From: a virus
Taxonomy: Duplodnaviria > Caudoviricetes
Direction: 5' to 3' (one strand)
Virus record (IMG/VR): IMGVR_UViG_3300017721_001026
Coordinates: 1 to 64,000 of that record
Length of the DNA stretch: 64,000 nt
Part shown: in pieces, positions 60,201-64,000 of the stretch
Numbering within the stretch: the first letter of the stretch is position 1
Layout: each line of letters begins with the position of its first letter
Program-made: the position numbers and the translations under genes
The notes under the pieces: generated by a model
What the model was told of the DNA's origin: nothing
The model's input: the letters and a program-made list of their open reading frames with translations, nothing else
The model's database searches: none

Positions 60201-60627
60201 ATGTTAGTTCATCACCAAATTCGGTTATACCATTAAATCCCCGAATAACACCTTTAAATTCAGTTTCTGTTTTTGATGTATACGTTACAATCTCATATTC
60301 ATCTTCATATTCAACGTTACCTATACCAAGTAGACCAAAGGCATATGGATATCCTGAAGTACTTTCGACGGGAATTACATCATCATCATAATCTAATCTG
60401 CTACCACCAACGGGAAGAACTATACTTGTTTCTCTTGGAGTCAGTAAAATATTATCTAAATTGACATATTTGTCAATATTAGACAACAAATCATAAGAAG
60501 CTCCTGGAATTTCATTAGATTCTTGATATTGACGTAGAAAATCCTTAAATAACGGAAATTCATCATTTATAAAATCTGGAATTTGATTTTCCAGAACCTG
60601 AGATAGACGAATTCTTCTTATATCCAT
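48253..60627 (-). CDS. g7: Giant baseplate wedge initiator (gp7-like, 4124 aa) with a YHYH-like domain and many repeats
   Basis: Follows g6; NQIP.FI....P.F..FL..Y, FY.SKGT..S..ILF..LY, .HDS.YYQ.FSY.LKS, HP.GFK.F; HSPIIGWAYDGNPIYGPYG. Confidence 0.85.
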   Translation of the reverse strand: MDIRRIRLSQVLENQIPDFINDEFPLFKDFLRQYQESNEIPGASYDLLSNIDKYVNLDNILLTPRETSIVLPVGGSRLDYDDDVIPVESTSGYPYAFGLLGIGNVEYEDEYEIVTYTSKTETEFKGVIRGFNGITEFGDELTFKNTSKREHFDGTIVHNLSALFLDEFFKKLKSQIAPGFEERILNYDVNERLFYKHVSDFYRSKGTKNSFEILFKALYNKSVDVIIPSDYVFEPSSSSNRKTRDLVLYSDDQTTDFTDIILHRTLKQPESDAISDPDELTAYGTITNVERIERNGIRYYLVSLDGDYDKDITVDGTVFGTFVTTATTKVIEDFVGTADEWPEFLQVDSTLSFEDSGSLDVYNVANNEFIVEQLSYSGKTVNEFFEVSDVEFDIPRGTLVSSRRYAYIDISDEETHYFRVTQVLSGIKPDESSYFEQGDPIKFNTLGLRERTGKYNNWTYNATGTYNISNLELLSSINKTYRCDVDGNFDLTSFDKFFLIDNNNTSYNIFVSARESINQYIITAESLVDLTAPKSFVIERKLNKANFIFFPEANNYVTDVQNIYRPDSFADEMYIAASSLPNYGNSRLSTNDKRIQFSLNISNDLTGNKEIKVGQDSNPTTAEINHSFYTGDSIIYSEDDDSNRLNTFDSSGNLIPLPNGRYYVTVVDSKTVKLSTSLNRVYTKDYLSLTGNVTDAIFYYSDFFDIEKVLNISEPFVLKSKRLVKKIEQPVDQSNPVETVPGKIGIFRNGVELLNYKSKNNIYYGGIEFVEILSGGEDYDVINPPALEFFDGENADGINNGGIGATGNFVVQGSIRELKVLGGGYNYLNDPTVKVTGGNGTSCDVSPIMETYTHGVTIDSSSGFNVGVSTDTIITLEDHLFSPGERVIYNCELNDQEIGGLKNKAIYYVGIVGNTSFTLHNSEIDAKNNLKAIDLTEFGEGFHKFDAVKKKKRLSGLNVNYSSDDFTYRKVSYDPSVITSPINYYTNTINLPNHGFNSGELITYESTNTPIAGLSSGTDYYVSRVDNNNFRLSSIGIGTLSKDYYFNQRTFVELTTEGSGKQYFRYPNIEINITPSSNDTKSIQPQILPIVRGEITEVFLEGHGVGYGCTNIFNYERQPNITAEPGKLASVKPFIIDGEIKSIIIQNSGQKYVSTPTVQIFTDGDGFGAELIPIIDNDGRLQDVIVKNGGADYNDSTEIEVVSAGAGSKFKAKIIRWNVNEVERALNSNQIYDDDGFLHQDSTISNREADEYGLLQYSHCYAPRKLRQNIYNKKVVNGRTTFNPDLVLDNLNRETDSTLHSPIIGWAYDGNPIYGPYGFTNSDGSGGIKRMQSGYKKRAIANRPSVTIYPLGFFCNDYEWFSDGDLDQFNGRFCLTPEYPNGVYAYFATIGNNDSSFKNFKLPEYPYVIGEKFKSKPIEFNFNSSINQASFFSEESDLTSKTYKTEGLLRNITPQNVSTEFGQYKYLFNPTSVIDVKSRVKSVSPGKVDDLLVFAGGKDFKVGDKVIFSESGGNTKRPLARISSIGGTSVTNVSVATSSIVNVEIVSNPQTRNVVAICSGPHDQYTGPGRIDDLSSGTEIGVELIAVTRDLELSGIGTGTVIDTPSVTGIVTYMNVFGLDSTQNVIKILPNDIYKIEYGNFEEQIKILNIDTQNSRLRVQREVNGTIGTSYPVGTALSEYTRKFLINDFAESGSRFNTQYYFDPRESVGLGIGSTLDILNPGAGSASRFVTGDRIYIPNNTLQVNDKIYYDYTSGPVTVESFGDNFNLIKDRPYYAYPFPNGFVGVSSRPVGVGSTGPVGLGSVTELLTFTSHGSGDNHSFFTRYDDVKRVDITTYEATFTTSEKHNLIFDDEITTDCRPNIEKTLQVFYNQTNNKFAVGKFDFVHDDINAEFNTITINNHGLNSNQSLILESITPPGGLANNGVYKVNVVNKNTIKLLEPNNGGIVNITNQSTGRLLVVNPPIKLVKDKTLVFDVSDFSLSYVRNNIRYSAFNLKFFTDKELTHEFLSSEKGRDFSVTTTGRLGVDLTARVNLKYDGHFPQKLYYILQPVKNAQVPVAYSLISLDTDNLNIVEFVDSPISGNFNVRKPTDTTFSYRLFDAPDSNSYVAGLATITYSTISTTASGPINEVSFISKGSNLIKLPLIEKVESESGVDSIVFPRSNTIGISKDIEIDDIGFEFPSDNTLRPRAYTPTIYKIDPLTSIGNIDVIEKGTRYTILPDLVLIDGYTNKIVEDVDLRYVNEDGFKVQVIKNTKNLYDVEPRLLPINNSNGYKILTMKYDSGTKDVEVTLDVVGFSTITAWPFPVGSQFMIEGVVTRSPSTDEGYNSSDYGYKKLFTVKTQDPNIGGQIPSFTFNMGDFVKTTAGPGVFNDLVTSGRVIPESLFPTFKVNRIANKYFENEVITNGVSEDLVVSWDIKNELLKVFTSFPERYNIGDVIRGKTSASSGTLTEVVGITSLTYVYDSSNSDRYKPYDRKGYLNEETQRLHDSDYYQYFSYSLKSEVGIGSWKEPIESLAHPGGFKKFSELQVISDNDDQIGINSSGISADQNNSGFLGISDFTSYYDLNCVHDIDLVTENNILNKISDEIRFNSLILVDYFESIGNRVLIVDDISEEFNSNPRATAFSMVDTFSLRKFRSKKYVMFTSNKKFPGERQMIIVNVLHNNIYGFITQYGRVETNDIHGYFDIGVFEDNGLLLFYPIEPKFTDFNISGYQYTISDSISGVATHYISGHSDSIGFAGVQTALLPQGTSTSTKIVGIDSSYTSAKVLVTLESSDLQYFQYDEFNIVHDGTDIHNIEFSTLATDNFASQDVSLGLGTYQFEYNGNDLEVKLTPNSGLSTNYDVTSTVVAISDTSRTGTGSSQFNTTLTTVGLGSTTSVSPFAGVNTSIQLLEFDTSYKGFNAYVSIEDMTNNIVQMSELVFTHNETDAYITEFGRVSNRGIFEDVGLGTFTTYVDPSTKKARLEFVPYPADPGFTREIEVRLFTHQLQLVDLGISENYYEYENGKFSTLHGTYTGTQNDIKRSFELRHQGDLIFERTFDSSALGTTVSTDENVLILPNHFFVSGELVNYTVPSEDDIRIGIDTTTIVGIGTTDKLPTDLYVVKVNDSKIKFADSAENALKFNPVTLTLNSVGVGTLHKITATNKDAKGIFTIDNMMQSPVVGLAVTTSVVEDVSLDLTLINTVGITSFFAADVIQIDDEVMLIETVGVGTQDKIRVRRPWLGTELGIHTAGALVTKLKGDYKIVGSVINFTSAPYGKVPITVDVNQYGVPFVDPSERDYTGITTNSYFHGRTFMRSGIVDESEETYTKNYIFDDISTKFTGIRTSFDMKFNGQDVVGLSTDNAVVLVKDIFQQPTRPGVSSISGNYEFVEVGGKTKILFDGSISSDDFTATDGQDINVPNLPVGGVIVNIGSTTGLAYQPLVAAGATATISGLGSITAVSIANSGSGYRPGIQTHINVLAQTPSDVSIIGYATALNGHITGVAITNAGTAYTSTNPPLIRFDSPLSYTDIPLIYSSDSPNEGIGRTASIDMFVSRDTTIGEFKFNNNGYAYGQGEILTVAIGGSTGIPTDTSKTFEEFQITVNETHSDEFNSWSLGQLQQLDSLDDQFNGITRVFPISFQGDRLSIRARPGSQIDVSATLLIFINDVLQIPNQAYTFKGGSLIIFAEPIPEEYTSRILFYRGTRDVDVEEVDIVEPIEVGDKVKIMSDVAFQTENKRTVEDILSSDIILTNPYSGIGRLNDETIERPLMACKQTEDLFINGEYVGKDRTLYEPYIFPTTNLIQPVGVDTTVAWVEATSTFFDNNKENLASKKLGQIQIVSQDEARTGIVSAVVSGIGSITIITIANVGTGYTFAPQISVGPPSSGGTQATATCTISNGSINTVTVTNSGLGYTGTQLPSVNVEPPKVYIEPIRQVEYNGDYGSIVSVANTTVGVGSTALELSLHIPRDSFIRDLGINPGGITTEGITGLVTSYYFTASRTNVGNGITAFYNDGSTLSISTDKFNNIFQVYDIDRTTESIPGIGVTNIVKITTLVESPIDLAENLGTFDNDQETFDSTILTLDNDGEDNGYFGNFSWGRINWHPTKSRKEPLEFTSYHESGVAGISTSPFVRRTFHLRSKLYTQY

Positions 60628-60639
60628 TTTATGTTTAAA

Positions 60640-62583
60640 TTAGAATCTTGGTCGGATGACGTTGTTATCGAAATTAGATGGTGTAGAAATAAATCTATTT
60701 CCAGTGGGATCAGCACCAGATAAAATGTTATCTTCAATAACATTTATGTTAGACTCACCAGTATCAAATTGTAAAAACAAATCCTGAAGTCCAATAATAT
60801 CGTTTGACTTAGGAATGGCTGATATTTGTATTGTTTGATTTGTTTCAATATCTGTTGATGTTATATTTATTGCACTTATATTAATTTCACCTTTATCATA
60901 ATCTATAGTTCCAACTCTCCTTCTTACAATCTCCGCAGAAGATCTTGGTTGATCTTCTGTGCCTTCTTCGGTAACTGTTGCATCTGGAATAGTGATTAGA
61001 ACAAGTTCACCTTTACCATTAATTCCAGGAATGTCGGAAAAGAATACAACCTTACTTATGCCACTCACTTTAAATCCACTGGACTTAATATTATAACCAG
61101 AAGATTTTAGAATTCTAAATGAATTACCAAAACAAACTTCATACTCTGCCAATCTATTTAATATCGATCGCATATCTCTACGAATTCTTACTTCTGTTAT
61201 ATTTGAAGTAATTGATCTATCAGATTGATCGATTAAGGTTGTAAATTTAGTATATCTAAATCTAGAACCATACATGTTCATCTCTTCACTATCAGCAAAC
61301 TTGTCTAAAGTTTTAATTACATTTTGACTTACTGTATATGCATCCTTTGCCAATGATGGATTATAGTATGCAGTAACATCAGATTCAACGTATAAGAATT
61401 TTGTATCTAGAATCTCTGGAACAATTCCTGCTACAGAATAACTTCTAAGTTCTTTCTTAATACTATCCTTTAAACTGTTTGATAAAAACAAACCAGTTTT
61501 TGGTTTAATTGTAATAAAAACTTTTCCAAATCTTGGTGGATTAAGTTCTTCTCCACCAAAAGCATTAATAGAATCTGTTTCAGGATATACACTTCTTACA
61601 ATAGTTTCATAATCTCTTGCAGTTACTGCTCTTCCTTGAGATGAGTAGAATCTAGTAGCATAATTTTTGATAGATTGTGCAGATTCAATACTAGAACCAC
61701 CTCTAGCAGATTGAATTAAAACGGCATCAGAAATATTTCTCTGAATTAGATTACCATTATTGTCATAAAAGTTTCCATTTATTTTAAATGTTGATGCTCC
61801 GTTGGCATCTCCACCATTACAAGTAATATATGATATTTCAACTATATTATCATTCACCAACTCTCTACCAAATACACCATCACCAAAAATTATTTCATAT
61901 TTTTCATCTTCTACTTCCTGTATAAAGAATACTTTTGAAGTCCCACCAACTTCAGTAATTGATGTTGCCATCTTATATACAATAGAATCATTAGAAAAGA
62001 AATTATCTTTTACAGTAACTCTAATCGTACTATAATCTATTCCCACATTTGAAAGAATAAATCTTTGATCTTGAATGTTACTATCTACAGTAAACGTTTC
62101 AGTCAGAAGAGTACCTTCATAGATTGCTACATTATCGAAAGTTGCTCTATCCTGAAAAATTGATGCTGTGATATCATCTGGAATACAAAAAGTAAATCCA
62201 CCAGAAGATCTATTATTTGTGTTTACAGCAACGTTCCCTTTCCTTAATGTGATTGAACGGGGTGCTGATGGGAAATCTGAAGAATCAATAAAGAAACTAA
62301 CTCTTGCTTGTGCAGAAGTTCTAGGTCTCGGTAGATAACCAACGTTTCGTGCAAGGGAAACTACATTTTCTCTTAGAGTTGCACTATCAATAAAGACCTC
62401 ATTACTAAGCATATTTGCGTTGTATGCCGCAATATATGTGTTATAGGCAAGTAGATCAATGATTATTGATAAAGTAGACCCTTCAAAGTCATAATCAGTA
62501 AATGCACTATTAGAACGCAAGTATGACTTGAGTGTATCTTTTATCTGATCAAAGTCTAGACTCGTAAAATTTGTAATTGCCAT
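60640..62583 (-). CDS. g6: Baseplate wedge subunit (T4 gp6)
   Basis: LDFD.IK..L..YL....FTDYDFEGS.L..IIDLLAYNT, SA.LRENVVS.AR..GY.P, FGDG.FG, RAVT..DY. Confidence 0.96.
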   Translation of the reverse strand: MAITNFTSLDFDQIKDTLKSYLRSNSAFTDYDFEGSTLSIIIDLLAYNTYIAAYNANMLSNEVFIDSATLRENVVSLARNVGYLPRPRTSAQARVSFFIDSSDFPSAPRSITLRKGNVAVNTNNRSSGGFTFCIPDDITASIFQDRATFDNVAIYEGTLLTETFTVDSNIQDQRFILSNVGIDYSTIRVTVKDNFFSNDSIVYKMATSITEVGGTSKVFFIQEVEDEKYEIIFGDGVFGRELVNDNIVEISYITCNGGDANGASTFKINGNFYDNNGNLIQRNISDAVLIQSARGGSSIESAQSIKNYATRFYSSQGRAVTARDYETIVRSVYPETDSINAFGGEELNPPRFGKVFITIKPKTGLFLSNSLKDSIKKELRSYSVAGIVPEILDTKFLYVESDVTAYYNPSLAKDAYTVSQNVIKTLDKFADSEEMNMYGSRFRYTKFTTLIDQSDRSITSNITEVRIRRDMRSILNRLAEYEVCFGNSFRILKSSGYNIKSSGFKVSGISKVVFFSDIPGINGKGELVLITIPDATVTEEGTEDQPRSSAEIVRRRVGTIDYDKGEINISAINITSTDIETNQTIQISAIPKSNDIIGLQDLFLQFDTGESNINVIEDNILSGADPTGNRFISTPSNFDNNVIRPRF

Positions 62584-62985
62584 TTATCTTGTTGGTTGTA
62601 ATACGAAATTAAGTTCTTGTACTGAAATGTCAAGACCGACAATAGTATACCTAATGGTTATTTCATAGTCATTGCCATCATAATTTGGTATACATTTAAC
62701 TTTATCAAGTCTAACTCTTGGTTCGTTAATATTGATTGTAGATGAAATTTCGTCCTTAATTTGATCTGCAAGAACTGCACTCATAGGATTAAAGAGTAAT
62801 CTTGTTATTCTAGATCCAATATCTGGTTGAAAAAACCTTTCACCAGTGGCAGTTAGCACTAAATTACGAACAGACCTTGCAATAGCAACATCATCCTTCA
62901 ATTGAATTAGATCATTAGATAGAGGATTCCTATTAAAAGTTAGACTTAAGTCCCTAAATCCTCTACTTACCCGTTCTAAAGGCAT
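62584..62985 (-). CDS. g25: Baseplate wedge / sheath initiator (T4 gp25); start reassigned to ATG 62985
   Basis: DLSL.F..NP...D, AI..SV.NL..T..GERFF.P..GS, EPRV; the CTAAATA late box at 63015-63021 favours the downstream ATG. Confidence 0.93.
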   Translation of the reverse strand: MPLERVSRGFRDLSLTFNRNPLSNDLIQLKDDVAIARSVRNLVLTATGERFFQPDIGSRITRLLFNPMSAVLADQIKDEISSTININEPRVRLDKVKCIPNYDGNDYEITIRYTIVGLDISVQELNFVLQPTR

Positions 62986-63030
62986 CAGTATACACAAACT
63001 AGGTATTATCAACCTATTTAGACGATGATT

Positions 63031-63708
63031 TTATGCATCTCCATCAATCTCTTCTTCTTTTTTACGTTCTTGAGCAGTTTTCCAGAAATATTCATCTTCA
63101 CGACCCATTCCAAGACGTTCAAAACCATTTTCAACACTGTAATATTCTGTTGAAACCTTAAAATCAGGCATTTTTGGTTCTTCTGGAGTCAAACTGTTGT
63201 CAAAAATACGCATTCTATTGTTTGGATACAGTGCATACTGACCATTATTGAGTTCAATGAGGTTATGTGACTTATGTTCAGCAGGATTTTCACTTGTTGC
63301 ATAGTCAACAACGTCTGGATCTTGATGATAATTGTCTAAAGTACAAATATAAGTCCCTTTTTGAATACCAAAGTCTCTTGTATACAGTTCATAGTCCATA
63401 GAACCAATAAATTGCTTCTGAACTGAAACTACTCCATAGTCCATACAGTTCCAAAATTGAAGATTTGGAAGATTCATATCAGGATCTGGAGTTTTTGGTT
63501 CTGATAGAAAGGCACTGATCGGCAATTTATCATACATTGCTGCATATTCGGGTAAATATGTCTCAAAATAAAAAGCACGTCCAGGAATCGACTTTGCCGA
63601 TACCCAAACGCCCTTAACAAACTCACCATGACCGAATTGATGATCGGTGAGATATTCTTTTCTAACCCATACTTCCGTTGATGGAAGATTACAAATAAGT
63701 GCTGCCAT
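63031..63708 (-). CDS. Conserved hypothetical phage protein
   Basis: Long ORF with LP.SAF, WNC, Y..T.D, EHK.....L.NG.YA..PNNR motifs; TTAAATA box at 63731-63737. Confidence 0.8.
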   Translation of the reverse strand: MAALICNLPSTEVWVRKEYLTDHQFGHGEFVKGVWVSAKSIPGRAFYFETYLPEYAAMYDKLPISAFLSEPKTPDPDMNLPNLQFWNCMDYGVVSVQKQFIGSMDYELYTRDFGIQKGTYICTLDNYHQDPDVVDYATSENPAEHKSHNLIELNNGQYALYPNNRMRIFDNSLTPEEPKMPDFKVSTEYYSVENGFERLGMGREDEYFWKTAQERKKEEEIDGDA

Positions 63709-63733
63709 TAAAAACAGTTAATATCTGTTCTAT

Positions 63734-63883
63734 TTAACGACCTTGACCACGATAACGTTTCTTCTTGCTATTACGGGAGGTTGCTGAAAGTTTAGTATGT
63801 TGACTTGCACCCTGTCGAGTCTTCTTAGGATTACCAGGAATGAAACTAGCACCCGATAATCCAACCTTTGAACGTACTGCCAT
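63734..63883 (-). CDS. Small basic protein ending in YRGQGR (49 aa)
   Basis: Manual translation MAVRSKVGLSGASFIPGNPKKTRQGASQHTKLSATSRNSKKKRYRGQGR*; GGAG RBS; own promoter upstream. Confidence 0.8.
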   Translation of the reverse strand: MAVRSKVGLSGASFIPGNPKKTRQGASQHTKLSATSRNSKKKRYRGQGR

Positions 63884-63908
63884 GTAACTCCGTTGTGTAT
63901 ACCCCCAT

Positions 63909-63937
63909 ATTATACAATATCATCGATGATATGTAAA
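63909..63937 (-). promoter_or_regulatory. Sigma70-type promoter with a perfect 16-bp palindrome in the spacer
   Basis: Minus strand TTTACA-17 bp-TATAAT; ATATCATCGATGATAT at 63917-63932. Confidence 0.75.
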
Positions 63938-64000
63938 GGGTCTTAAGGATATCTACACACTGTTCTAGGACCTTCTAGAAGGGTCTCTGCAGACGAGAAG

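Noticed and set aside
62986-63012. Longer g25 start given by the ORF track (MIIPSLCIL...)
   Set aside because: The late promoter box at 63015-63021 leaves no room for an RBS; MPLERV at 62985 is the more plausible start

Overview
This 64 kb AT-rich segment comes from a T4-like myovirus. Gene content and order match marine cyanophages (Kyanoviridae-like). Nearly all real genes are on the minus strand. In transcription order (right to left) the window holds the baseplate genes (g25, g6, a 4124-aa g7, a gp9/10-like protein, g8), a 2599-aa VrlC/DUF4815-like virion protein, neck and tail-completion genes (g13, g14, g15), and the terminase genes g16 and g17, which are separated by large fibre-like genes and a modular basic protein. 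Next come tail genes (g18, g19), head genes (g20, g67-like, g21, g22, g23), g3, uvsY, uvsW, g55, g47 and g46. The left end has a sulfotransferase plus HNH insertion, cobT/cobS-like vWA and AAA genes, a DUF3310-like gene, g45, a 2OG-Fe(II) oxygenase and a partial DenV-like glycosylase. I found no tRNA, rRNA, CRISPR array, intron or intein. The four most striking observations are: (1) a fibre-like protein with recursively nested domains (N1-N2-N3-N4-C4-C3-C2-C1); (2) a probable head polyprotein of basic Cys-containing modules separated by prohead-protease-type (hydrophobic)-x-E sites; (3) a 112-aa Pro-Arg dipeptide tract inside the VrlC-like protein; (4) several precise promoter architectures, including a symmetric bidirectional sigma70 promoter at g55, a 22-bp dyad 30 bp upstream of TATAAT at two loci, and a perfect 16-bp palindrome in a promoter spacer. 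All family calls come from motif recognition and synteny, not database searches.
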